DNA from: Azolla caroliniana
Lineage: Eukaryota; Plantae; Polypodiophyta
NCBI GenBank assembly: GCA_043228905.1
Contig: JBHGNT010000002.1
Location: forward strand, 6,572,001-6,636,000
Direction: 5' to 3'
DNA: 64,000 nucleotides
The notes below the pieces were generated by a model. It made no database searches and had not been told where the DNA came from. It saw only the letters and a list, made by a program, of their open reading frames with translations. The position numbers and the translations under genes were made by a program. Positions 1 through 12,094 of the stretch are shown piece after piece. The number at the start of each line of letters is the position of its first letter. Positions within the stretch are counted from its first letter, which is position 1.

Positions 1-2234
1 AGAGCGTTCAAAACTTGTTCCATGATGCAAACTGTGGTTATGCAATATAAATGAGGTTCAGAAAATACACAAACAAAATGAATGCTTGAAATTTTGATTG
101 TAAGAACTTTACCAAGAAAGCATCTCACGTCTTTACCCCTCTAGACATATGAGATGTGATTCGAGATCCAATAACTATGGTAACACTTTGGTGTTTTAAA
201 AACCATGGGGGGAAACATAGCTAAGATGTCTATCTCGGATCTCTATCTTGAATAATCATGGCGGCTCCCCGAGGCTCAACCATGGTTCTAACATCAATGT
301 AGTTTCCTAGTTAGCCTTATATTAGAATGCCAACCCAACATGTATTGATATGGTCGAGAAAGTGTATTACGTGAAAAACAAGTGCACTCGCAAGTAATAT
401 TCTAGTCTTGCGAGTAGCAAGCAAATGTTATGAAAAAAAGAGAAAAAGAAGTCACTACCTATAAGAGTCAAGAAGTGACAAAAACAAGGCTCCAAAACCA
501 TGCGTTGCCTACTAAAAACAAATACCACCAATAAATGGATGGTGCGAGGTATGCACACATCCATTCCAATATGGCGATTGTAATGTGCACAATTGTGACA
601 TAAGCCACAAGTTGATACAATTGGTGGTGGTATTGTGCGCAAAGATGTAGTACTCAAATTTATGAGTAAAACATCAATAGGGAAACTCATATGATTTCAC
701 TTGAGTTCTAAGGCTCAATAATACGAGTTAAACCTAGATGACCTATTGGAAATAATCGTTCAAAAAGCGGCATGATGCCCAGTCAATACGAAAAAAATAG
801 ACTACACAAAAGCGTTACCCAATAGGGAAACACGCGTAAATAGTGTAGATGAACATAAAAATTAAGGTTTAAAAAATAGTGAAGTGTGGGTGGGTAGATG
901 AAAATCATAAGAAAATCTTAGGAAAGGGAGAAGATAACTTGTGTAATTAAAAAATAGGTAGAATAATAATCAATTAGGTGTATCAACATTAAGCATGCCT
1001 TAAGGGATGACACCCTAAGGTAGTCGACATGCACCTCCTCAAGACCACCACATCTCCCTAGAAGCGACCAATTGAAGGCTCAATAAAGAGTAAAGTGGCG
1101 TAGGTAAGCGACATATACCTCGTTAAAGCCACAACATCCCATAGAATCGGCCAAGTGATGGCTCAATAGAGAGTAGAGTGGCATAGGTAGGCGACATACA
1201 CCTCGTCAATATCACAACATCCCATAGAATCAGCCAAGTGATGGCTCAATAAAGGGAAGAGTGGCATACTCAACATCATATGCAAAAGGGTCATGAGGTG
1301 AGTGTGTGCGATTAGGGCAAACACGCTTGACCCGATGCACAAGTACGAGATGGCTCAAGAGAGGGGAGCGTGTGCGATTAGGGCAAACACGCTCAACCCA
1401 ATGCACAAGTACGAGATGGCTCAAGAGAGGGGACCGTGGGAGATATGTATCGCAATGTACAAAAGGGCCATGAGTTGATCGTGTGTGATTAGTGCAAACA
1501 CGCTCGACCCGATGCACAATAATAATTAAAATCGTATCGTGGTAGAAAGAAGAAAGAAAAGAAAAGAAAACGTAATACAAATTTGATTTGACCAACAAGA
1601 ATGCATCATAGAAAGAAGAGAGATTGAGAAAGAAGAATACTGGGTTTAGAGTGTTGTTTTGATCCTGAGAAGAGCATGACGAGCCTTGTTAGATCCCCAT
1701 CGCTCACACGCAAAAAATATCAAAACAACAAAAAAAATTGTTAGTAAAAGTTTTGATACCACTGTTAAGAGTTTATTACTAATCAATAGACCAAACTAAA
1801 GTAAAAGAAGGAAAATAGAATGGATAGAAGAGCTCATTCCACCCGACCATCCCCGAGCTATGATCTAGACATAGCCAACCTACCACCGACGTCCCATACT
1901 ACCGGATATTAGGATGACTAATACCTTGGAAGAGATAAACACGATCCTCAACACGAAAGCCTAGCCCGCACAACCGGTGTCTAAGACAACAGCCTTCCGA
2001 CGTAATGTTCCTATGAGGGTAGCTAAGCCTCATATTTATACCTTTTCCTAGGCCCCTTGAATAGATATGCCTTTCTAAAAGGCTCTCCATTCATTGGTTG
2101 TTCAAATCATGATAGTGCATGCACCTATCATTCCTTCTATCCAATCATTAGTCCCCTTTTTAAAATTAGTGAACATACCTTTACTAATGTAAATATTAGT
2201 GACCTACCCTCACCAACGTTATGTGTACATAACA
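1..2234 (-). mobile_element. Ty3/gypsy LTR retrotransposon, 5' part (LTR, PBS, long leader, gag start), truncated by the window edge; relative of the 5791-12094 element
   Basis: Minus-strand LTR 2234->1763 runs TGTTA...TAACA and contains TATAAATATGAGGCTTAGCTACCCTC, versus TATAAATAAGAGGCCTAGCTACCCTC in the 5791 LTR. It is followed by tRNA-iMet PBS TGGTATCAAAA (1761->1751). Leader 121-290 aligns to 7663-7822. A probable gag ATG at 23 reads MEQVLNA. Confidence 0.8.
1010..1520. repeat. Tandem repeats in the retrotransposon leader (~83-bp unit x3, then ~67-bp unit x2-3)
   Basis: Repeated GCGACATATACCTCG...CATCCCATAGAATC(G/A)GCCAAGTGATGGCTCAATA and GTGTGCGATTAGGGCAAACACGCT...ATGCACAAGTACGAGATGGCTCAAGAGAGGGGA. 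Confidence 0.85.
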
Positions 2235-2236
2235 AG

Positions 2237-3566
2237 GTGGATGTGTCCACATAGACCGAGGACACAACGCACTCGGTGCCGGCCACCGAAACGACTAAGG
2301 TCCCCCCACCCAACCACAAAGAGGAGCTCGTGACGCAATCGGCGATCACCAAGAAAGCAAACGAGTGATATGAAGTGGCCAAAGCAGAAGCCAACCAAAT
2401 CTGGGAGTAGGCAGCAAAACGCAAAGCCGAACTCCAAGAACAGCTCGACGCACAGACAACCAAGCTCCGAGAAACTGAAGAAAATGTTGCGCTAGCTCTT
2501 CAGGCAGCAAACGAAGCTTCTACAGCCAAAATACATGAGATTGGGGAAGGATACCAACGAGTTGTGGCCATTACAAATGACCAACTCACCAGCCTCCAAA
2601 ATGAGCACACGGAACTCAAAGAAAGTTTCCGTCGGCAGCTTATAAAGTTGGAAGAAGCAGTGCGGGACAAATATATATTGTCGGAATACCTCCAGCAGCT
2701 ACAAATCTCCGCAGCACAAGACCGGTATCTGCAAGAGTTAGCCGTGAATTCGGATCGGCTCCTCCGATGCTACGACTTACATACGAAGGAAATGGAGATA
2801 AAGCTCGCCGGGATAATCGCATCGTTGTAAATCGTGAAAGCTAAGCTCCAGAGCGACGTCGCGACTGCCAAAGACAAACTGGACACACTACGTGCCAAAT
2901 ATGAGATGGGTGAAGCATGTGTCAAGGCACTAGTGGTAACACACCAACTAAAGCTGAATCAGAAGGTCGAAGAGGCACTAGCTCACGGATGGAAAGAATG
3001 GTCGGCTAAAGCAACCAAATTACAGGTCTTCTGAGCAAATGTCAAAAATCGAAAAAAAGAGGGTCGCGGTTTTTACAAGATGGACGATAGTAGCATTCAA
3101 ATCCTCCACGAAGACCTCACCAAGGAATTCCAAGCTTTGGCCCGAACACACACCACGACCATCGGAAACCTCCTTGAGGAATTTAACGTTGATCAACTGT
3201 TTCTCATGATTGAAATAGAAGGTTATGAACGCGCACTCCTCCAAGCTAAAAAGGAAGCAGAAATCGCGGCATAGGCCTCAGCAGGCATGATGACTGAGGA
3301 AGCAGCCCAAGAGCTGAAAGAAGAAGAGGCGACACGCCCAGATCCGGAGATGGAACAAGTTGTTGAACAGACCACGGAGCCAACGGCTCGATTTGTTGGC
3401 CGAGTTCCACGCGGACGAGCCAAAACAGGAGGAAGCAACTCAAGAGCCGACGGAGCAAACCGAAGCCCAAGAGAACACGGAGCAAAGGGCTGATTTGACG
3501 GATGATCTCAAACCAAGGGAGTTAGAGCAACCAGAGGGCATCACATCGATTTTGGAAGAAGACTGA
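2237..3566 (+). pseudogene. Degenerate long coiled-coil ORF (>=440 codons), probably a retrotransposon accessory ORF
   Basis: ORFs 2564-2830, 2834-3034, 3080-3274 and 3287-3493 are in one frame, separated by single TAA/TGA/TAG codons. Heptad-like E/K/Q/L/A-rich sequence ends in an acidic tail (frameshift into 3360-3566). The 5' side is cut by the LTR ending at 2234. Confidence 0.6.
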
Positions 3567-3677
3567 GTGTACAATAGCAATTTTCGGCTCTTTTTTCAAT
3601 TTCGTGATTTTGATTTTTTGAGCGATTTTGTTTTTTTGGGTTCGACATGCAAGACACTATCCCACAGGCATGCCAGA

Positions 3678-4137
3678 TGTTATCCGTGGGACAAAGGGCA
3701 CGAGGTGTGAAACAAATCTAAAGAGACGAGTAGGTCAAGTAGGTGAAAAGGGAATCGGTCGAGCACTGGTAGCCGAGGAAGGTAGAACGAAATATATGCA
3801 GTCGAGAATAAAGGCCGTGAATTAGGAGGAAGTAGCAAAAGTGTGCCAAGGAAAGGCTATATAAATCATGGAACAACATAAGGAAAGGGAGAGGGAATAT
3901 ATGCATAAGTTATAATATAGAAGAGAGAAAGTGACTAATATAATCAGGCCTATGTTGCTTTGTAATCGATTTTATCCAACAATCGATATACGTATAAGTT
4001 TTGGGTCATCTCTGTGTCTGTTTCATCTTAATTTGTACTTTCGAGTCTGTTATTCTAAGATGTATGTGGAAAGCTTGTTGTGATCGGCTATCGTGTAATT
4101 GTTCGGCCCACTCGGCCCTATCTTAGTCCCCTACACA
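3678..4137 (+). mobile_element. Probable LTR (~460 bp) downstream of the coiled-coil ORF
   Basis: Begins TGTTATCC, ends CCCCTACACA, has GGCTATATAAA near 3856 and a T-rich U5-like part. No partner LTR, clear PPT or TSD was seen. Confidence 0.4.
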
Positions 4138-4239
4138 ACCACGATTCCTTGACCCGATTACTCAGGGAGTAATCAAAGGGGTTTCTCCAAGAAGGAGATA
4201 ATCAAAGGGGTTTCTCCAAGAAGGAGATAACACTCTCAC

Positions 4240-5248
4240 TAAACATCACATGCTAATTGTCTAAAATCAGATGCATAAACAGACATTGGATGCTTACCTT
4301 GATGTAATGAATAGAGTTTGGTAAGGCTTGTTCGACGACGATCCGTATCCCCAAATGTCGCCTCGAACTCTTCTAGGAAAGCAAGAAAATTTTCTAGAAG
4401 TGATGATGATGTTTCGACCAAATGTGCGAACCAACTTTGTGCAGCTCCTGAGAGAAGGGTCCCAATGAGGCCAACTCGGCAAAAATCTTCCAGATATCTT
4501 TGGGGTTGTAGTCAGATAATAAGCTTGATCTGATTTATGAACCCCTAGAATCGTGCCCTTGTGCCATCGAACTTGTTAGGTAAACTGACATTGGGTTCTA
4601 TAGTTGAAGTGGGGTGAAGAGGAATAGGAGCAAGGATTGACGTGGGACCATACTCTACAGATAGGAGATTCCTTGATGTAGAAGGGGACTTGGTTTCTTC
4701 ATTCTTCAGTTCCATTTTAAGCCTAGCTTGGAGTTTCTGGAGAGATTCCTGAAGATTCTCATTTTCAAGTTGGAGTTGATGCATGGCTTCCAATAGTTGA
4801 TTTACGCTCTCGGTAGAATTTGACATCCTGAGGATTTGGAGATGGAAGGTGAGCAAACTGCCACGGACACATAGAGTAGAGTAAAACAAAGCAAAATGAA
4901 AGGTAAGATATTGAGAGAGAGAGAGAGAGAGAGAGAGAAGCAAGGAAGCAAGAGAAAACATGCAAAATATTGGATTCCGTAATTGGCGTTGTTCACCTTG
5001 ATTCGGGTCAAGGTGAATCCCTATATTTATACATGTTTGTGGGCTCTAAATGTAGTTCCATGCAAAGACTCATTTACATGCACAAGCTTCTGGAGCTTTC
5101 TAGAAGCTTCTAAAATCTCCTAACACGTGGAATAGATAACCTCTAATAATCTACTAAGATAACATGACCATGTATTGGATGTGTTGGTTAAAACATAACA
5201 ATTGATTATGATACAAGAGGTCGAGAATTCGAATCATGACATGAGACA
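4240..5248 (-). mobile_element. Truncated Tf1/Tcn1/sushi-type Ty3/gypsy element: 5' LTR (5248->4859), self-priming PBS, degenerate gag
   Basis: Gag from ATG 4826 reads coiled-coil, then PNKFDGTRARF...LSGAAQSWF...FLEEFEATFGD...LHQGKHPMSVYASDFRQLA (retrotrans_gag/PEG10-like). The LTR runs TGTCTCATG...CCGTGGCA with TATAAATA near 5030. PBS GTTTGCTCACCTT (4858->4846) is complementary to AAGGTGAACAAC (4999->4988). Confidence 0.75.
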
Positions 5249-5790
5249 TTATTGTAATAATAATAGAGACAAAGGTACTAGACAGTAGATCAACGTTTGT
5301 GAAGATTAGGATGAAAACCAAGATGAGTGAACTTACACAATATGTGTGCAAGTTTAGAGGGGGTATGTGCCGTTAAGTAATTGCTTCATGACATAATAAC
5401 AAATTTATTGCACCTTCTTTTCAAATGTCATTGATGATGTTCAATCCCATAACCTCGCATATTGACTACCAAGTGTAATCCAATGGGATAAATGTTTTAT
5501 AAATCTATATTATTAGTTATGACAATCCATATTACACATGTTCATGTTGATTTAGATGAGCAAAACAGCTTTCATGCATTGCATGTAAACACATGTGTGT
5601 CACATGGCATGCATCACATGCACTCTTATTCGAACACCTATATAAGAAGAAGGAATCAAAGCATCTAGACATCGAGAAAAATACATTCATCTAACAATCA
5701 AGCTAGGTCATTGAGAAAGGTTTTTTATCTCTCAAGATCGAAGTCAAGGGTTTGAGCTGAAATTTGGCATAGATAAGGTGTGATCCTTAC

Positions 5791-6246
5791 TGTTACGGGC
5801 ATGACCATTTAATATCCCGTGGTGAGAATTTACCGTAGTATTCTATACACGTGGATAAGTGTGAGGGTTAAACGAGAGTGTAAAGAAGGGGAGGATTACT
5901 TTTAATCCTCGGGATTGAGACAACCCATTAGGTCAAGTGTGAAGTTGCCTGGGGGCCTTGGGTATCGCTATAAATAAGAGGCCTAGCTACCCTCATTTGA
6001 TCATCTTTTTTACTACATCGAGACTCTGCTCTTGTGGTGGGTCAACTCTTGTAGCGAGCGCGCCAGCACCAAGTACGACTCGACGCCACGACGGTGGTAT
6101 GGGACGCCGATCGAGGCTGGAGTCCGTCTCGATCCCTTCGCTCAGGGGTGGTCGAGTGGATCGGCACCCTTCTTTCTCTTTCTCCTTTCTATCTATCATT
6201 TGTTTATCCTTATCTTAAGCTTACTTTAGTACTTAGATCTCTAATA
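5791..6246 (+). repeat. 5' LTR
   Basis: TGTTACGGGC...CTCTAATA; TATAAATA at ~5969; near-identical to 11639-12094. Confidence 0.95.
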
Positions 6247-6489
6247 TTGGGTATCAGATTTATGTACTAATGTTTCTTTGTTTTTCATTTGTCTTTTGAT
6301 TGATGTTGATCGATCGATGTGCGGTCGGCCTTGATCCAGACAACGATCAACAAGGAACTTCGGTAACTCTTTCCATAAATTTTTTTCTATTCTCTCTTCG
6401 CCCATCTAATCATGTGTTTAGTTTATATGTCATTTTTTCATTAAGTCAATGATGTTGTAGTGGTCTTTAATTGATTATCTAAAACATTT

Positions 6490-6760
6490 ACATATGTGCA
6501 CGAGGTCAATACCTTGTTTGACATATAAATAATATATGATGAGTGTCGTATGTGTACGAGGTTAATACCTCAATTACGTATTACGTTCACGAACATATGT
6601 TACGTTTGCGTATGAGTTTAATACCTTGATTTGTTGTAAAGGATATGTGTTTGGTCTCATATGCGTAAGAGGTCAATTGCGTATTACGATGATCTCTTAT
6701 TTGTGGATGTTTCGTGTGCGTAGAGGTATATACCTCGATTACATATCTCGATCACATCAT
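6490..6760. repeat. Degenerate ~58-bp tandem repeat in the retrotransposon leader
   Basis: Recurring (T)ATGTG(C/T)ACGAGGT(C/T)AATACCT units, about five copies. Confidence 0.6.
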
Positions 6761-7925
6761 TTGTGGCTATTTAATATAACGATATGTTAATATAGGCATA
6801 TGTGGTCACGTATATACGTATTTGATCGTATATATGTGATAAGTAAACATATGTGTATATTCGTTATTACGTGATTATATCGAAAGTTGTCCTTGTCGGG
6901 AAAAGGATGTTGGTGGCCGTCCTCACATTTTTGTGAGAATGGCATTGTCACCATCCCTTTTTCAACAATTTTTTAGTGTTGACAACCCCGTTGATGATCT
7001 CGATTTCGTTACGTAAAGAAACGCCTATAGCCATAATGATGTTGAGTACGTGGGGCTTGACCCACTTCAAGTGAGGTCGCTCCAATGACACACGTATCCA
7101 ACATCCCTCCCTCGTTACATGGATACGATGCCACCATGAGCTCGTTCTTACGAGAGGCATTCGTAATGACGTGACCATGTGATGGGCCACGTGGGCCTAC
7201 TACGAAACGAAGGCTCATTTGGCTTGACCATTAGGTTGCAATTTGGCGTATGCCATCGTAATTACGAGACTTGAGGTTAGGTAACGTACCTTTATAGTTT
7301 TGGTAAATGAGGGCGAAATAAGGACCCTTGAAATATATGTTCTTTTAAATAAAAACATATATGATCAATTGCCTCACATATCTCTTATACGCATCAAACA
7401 TCAAGCATTCGAGAAGAGCAACTTACTTGGTTGGCTCAAGTGTTTAATGTATTTGTTCTCGAGGTCTCGAGTTCAAATATGACCAAGACCATACAACATC
7501 CTTGATATATATGACTATAACACATGTTTAGACTTAAGGTCTAAGTGCACCTTGGGGTCCCCATAATAGGACTTAAAGAGCCGAAACCACATATGTGGGC
7601 ACCGAAACATAGTTTATTGTTAACATTTTTTTCGTGTATAAACTATTCATGACGCGAACATACATGGTTGAGCCTCGGGGAGCCACCATGAAAAGATCGA
7701 TATAGAGATCAGGGAAAGACATTTATTTGTCACCCCCATGGTTTTTAAAACACCTTTGTGTTACCATAGTAACTTGATCTTGAACCTCATCTCATACGTC
7801 TAGAGGGGTATTGACATGAGATCATGATATCGATTAATGTTTGCCCATGATATGTTTACATCACGACATGATGTTATGACTATCTCTCTGACCTTATCCT
7901 ATTTCTTTTCCAGAAATAATCTTTA

Positions 7926-10900
7926 ATGGCTCAAATTAACGACCCGATGTCATCCGCTCAAGCGGAAGGAACTCAAGGGAATCCTCCTAGACAAATGTCC
8001 ACTGAGATGTATTTGGCACAAACAACCCAATACCTTAGTTTCACCACTCAACAGATGACCGAACTTCGGCAATCTCAGAGTGCTCTTGAGGCACGTGTCA
8101 TTAGTCTACAACGTGAGACTAATAGACTTGATGAGCGACAAGGTGAACCATCATTTGTCGTTAAGCCATTTACGGGAGACAAAAAGGAAAGAACCAAAGA
8201 AGCAATCTGCACATGGCTGGGATGATGGGAGTCTCATTTTGAGCTCTATCCCACGCCAAATAGTACGAAGATTGCATATGTCGGTCGAGAACTCGGGGGT
8301 AAGGCCGCAACTTGGTGGCGTGGGCTCCGTACTATGGGGAAATTGCTCAATACCTGGACAGATTTTGTCACGGTTTTTAAGGGCCAATTTCTGCAACCTC
8401 CCTCTCGAACCGAGGTAGCACAAGCTTTAATGAACCTCTCTAGTAGGAAATTTCCCTCGCTAGAAGACTATGTTCACCATGCTAGAACCCAAATCCAAAA
8501 ATCGGGTCTAGAAGGGGACAATTGGTTGATAGCTTGTTTTGTGAATGGCATCCCCAATTCGGACTATCACTGGATAGTGCACGATAAGGATCCAAAATCT
8601 TTTGAAGAGGCCGTTGAAATAGTTCTTCGCTATCAACGCACTTTGAAGAAGGACCACAACAAACCCAACAAAGCGCCCGGGACTAAGCAGTCGCAATTTG
8701 TTGGGAAATGAAAGACACCCAACGAATTCCTGGATCGCGATTGTAAGCGACAACATCCTTTTTGCGTATTCTGCAAAAAGAAGGGTCATACAAAAGATCA
8801 ATGTCGAAAGCTCCAACGGAAAGAGCACGACAACAAAGCTAAAGTTGCAGACCATAAAGGTCAAATTCCTAATGTCCTTCAGGTCTATACACATCATTTA
8901 AGTAATTGTCAATGTTCTTTCCCTCACTATGTATTGGGTCCCAATGATTTACTACGTGCAAACGGGTATATCAATGGATCTCCCGTACAATTTTTATTTG
9001 ATTCGGGAAGCTCACACAATTTTGTGAATGATCGTTTGGTTCAGATATGGGGAATCCAACCCACCGTAAGTGATCACACCTACACGGTGCACTTGGCTGA
9101 TGGAAGAGTACAATACATCAACGGGGCGATTCATTCATTAGGAATTTCTATTGATACTTATATAGAGGAAGTAGACTTCCATGTAATGAATCTTTGTACC
9201 ACCGATGTAATACTGGGTTATCCCTGGTTTTATAATAAAAACTCTTCTTTATTTATTGATTGTTTTCGCCATTCCATTTCTTTTGTACTGAACGATTGTA
9301 CGCATTTTATTCAATGTGTAAAAAAACAATCCCTCTCGATTGTTTCCTCGTGTCCATCAATATCCGAGTTGTCTTGTTCTACGTTATTTTATTGTGTACT
9401 TGATCCGGACATTCACGTTTACAATATCGATAATGTCTCGGTTCAATTAACATATTTTGAACAACAACAACTTGATGAAATCTTAAATGATTTTCATGAT
9501 GTTTTTCCAAGTGAACTACCTGATGGGTTACCTCCTAAACGTAATATAGACCATCGTATAGATATTGTACCTGGTGTTGCACCAATAAGTATACCTCTGT
9601 ATCGCTTAAGTCGATCCGAAGAAGATGAGGTATCTAAGCAACTCAAGGACTATTTACGAATGGGTTATATACGTTATAGTAAATCTCCATGGGGTGCACT
9701 AGTTCTCTTGGTTTTAAGGAACTCAAAGACCTGGTTTGCAAGGCTCCTTCACTTCTTTTACCTGATCCTTCAAAACCTTTTGAGGTTGAAACCGATGCAA
9801 GCGATTATGCTATAGGTGTTGTCTTGTATCAAGATGGTAAACCAATAGCATTCGAGTGTAAGAAACTTGATTCTGCTCAATGTCGGTATACCGTTCAAGA
9901 AAAGGAATTATTTGCAGTTATACATGCACTCAAAACATGGCGCTATTATCTTTATGGAAATCGCTTTGTGGTAACTACGGACCACGAGTCCTTGAAATAT
10001 TTTTGTGACCAACAAGACCTGAAAGGTCGTAAGGCACGATGGGCTGATCTCATCCAGGACTTTGATTTTTCCATACGATATCGTAAAGGTTCCATGAACA
10101 CTATCGCTGATGCACTAAGTCGCATCCGTGAAGTTAACATGCTTAGCTTCACTGAAATAACATTAGATCTTTATGATCACCTTCGAGGAAAGTATCTTGA
10201 TGACAGTTATGTCGCAAAATACTGGGCAAGAGTTGAGTCTGGAACAGACACCACCACATCCTCGAAGGAATACTTCCACATTGCTAACGGTTGCTCTACC
10301 GTAATGGGAAGGTTTGTGTTCCAGATTTACCCGAGGTCAAAAAGAGGATTCTTTTTTAATGCCATGATGCACCCTCAGTAGGGCACCCTGGAATACATCG
10401 TACACTCGTTCTCATCTCCACTCAATTTTATTGGCCTAAGATGCGTCCTGACATACATAGCTATGTGACTAAATGTCACCAGTGTCAGCTTAACAAAGCC
10501 GAGCAACTTAAAGCCGCAGGACTTTTGCATCCCTTGGCCATTCCCAATAATAAGTGGGAAAGCATATCCATGGATTTTATTGTTAGCCTTCCTCGCACCC
10601 AAAAAGGCCATGATGCCATCTGGGTTGTGGTTGATCGACTAACTAAAATGGCCAGATTTATTGCTACTAAAACCACGGTAACAGCTCCTGAATTGGCTTA
10701 CCAATTCGTTGACGATTTATTTCATTTTTATGGGTTACCGATGGATATCGTGAGTGATCGAGATCCAAAGTTTACTAGTGACTTCTGGACGCAAGTCTTT
10801 AAGAAGTTAGAAACTACGTTGAGCATGAGCTCCACGGATCATCCTCAATCCGATGGACAGACAGAACGAGTAAATCAAATTATTGAGGACATGCTTCGAA

Positions 10901-11613
10901 CATACGTTGGTGCAAAACCAACAAAATGGGAACATTATCTCCCAATTTTGGAGTTTGCTTATAACAGCTCCAAGCATACGTCGACGGGATATAGTCCTTT
11001 TATGTTGATGTATGGTTTTCAACCACGAGCCCTGATTGATGTTAATATACATCATGATGAGTTGCGAAGTACGCAAAACTTTCTTCGGGATATGCAAGAT
11101 ATGTTGCATATTGCACTAGATAATATAAAAACAGCTCAAGATAGAGCGCGTTTTTATGCCGATCATCATAGGCAACCTCGTGTATTCAACCCTGGACAGA
11201 AGGTATTTTTACGTGTACCTCACAATTCTAAGACATTGTCTACGGGTAAGTGCGCTAAGTTAGCCCCACGGTTTTGTGGACCTTTTACAGTCCTCAAACG
11301 CATTGGGTCATCAGCCTATCGTCTTGCTCTTCCCGATGGTGTCGGAATTCATCCAGTCTTTCCTGTGAGTCGTCTAAAAGAACTTCTAGGTTCTGGCGAC
11401 AATACAGTTACAACTGAAACTCTGGTTACTTCTGAAGAATTATCTTCTAAACCACATGTACCAGAAAGAATTCTTGATGTTAAAACAAAAAAATTACGTA
11501 CTAAAGAAATCAGAGAATTTAAAATAAAATGGATGGATAAATCAATAAAAGATGCCACATGGGAGCGCGAAAATACTCTTAGAACTAACTTCCCTAACTT
11601 TCCATTGCAATAG
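7926..11613 (+). pseudogene. Disrupted gag-pol polyprotein: Gag with CCHC knuckle, aspartic protease, RT N-terminus only, RNase H, integrase, chromodomain
   Basis: CVFCKKKGHTKDQC knuckle (~8764-8805); LFDSGSSHNF protease; SKSPWGALVLLV joined directly to FKELKDLVCKAP...ETDASDYAIG (RNase H); integrase SMDFI...SDRD...DGQTER; GPF motif; ERILD...KIKW...ATWE chromodomain. In-frame TGA at 8223 and 8709, plus frameshifts. Confidence 0.95.
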
Positions 11614-11638
11614 TGCAATGTTTTAAAGAGGGGGAGTA

Positions 11639-12094
11639 TGTTACGGGCATGACCATTTAATATCCCGTGGTGAGAATTTACCGTAGTATTCTATACACGT
11701 GGATAAGTGTGAGGGTTAAACGAGAGTGTAAAGAAGGGGAGGATTACTTTTAATCCTCGGGATTGAGACAACCCATTAGGTCAAGTGTGAACTTGCATGG
11801 GGGCCTTGGGTATCGCTATAAATAAGAGGCCTAGCTACCCTCATTTGATCATCTTTTTTACTACATCGAGACTCTGCTCTTGTGGTGGATCAACTCTTCT
11901 AGCAAGCGCGCCAGCACCAGGTACGACTCGACGCCACGACGGTGGTATGGGACGCCGATCGAGGCTCGAGTCCGTCTCGATCCCTTCGCTCGGGGGTGGT
12001 CGGGTGGATCGACACCCTTCTTTCTCTTTCTCCTTTCTATCTATCATTTGTTTATCCTTATCTTAAGCTTACTTTAGTACTTAGATCTCTAATA
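11639..12094 (+). repeat. 3' LTR
   Basis: Follows the PPT, matches the 5' LTR and is followed by TSD CTTAC. Confidence 0.95.

Larger units (their letters stand above)
5791..12094 (+). mobile_element. Ty3/gypsy chromovirus LTR retrotransposon (Reina/Tekay-like), full termini, RT core deleted
   Basis: 456-bp LTRs at 5791-6246 and 11639-12094 with ~10 mismatches by eye. 5-bp TSD CTTAC at 5786-5790 and 12095-12099. Met-type PBS TGGGTATCAGA follows the 5' LTR and PPT AAAGAGGGGGAG lies at ~11625-11636. Domain order is gag-PR-(RT)-RH-IN-chromodomain. Confidence 0.97.

Noticed and set aside
2237-3566. In-frame stops repaired by U-to-C RNA editing
   Set aside because: That editing is organellar. In nuclear TE sequence, methylation-driven C>T decay explains the stops, and the same pattern is seen in the gypsy and L1 ORFs.
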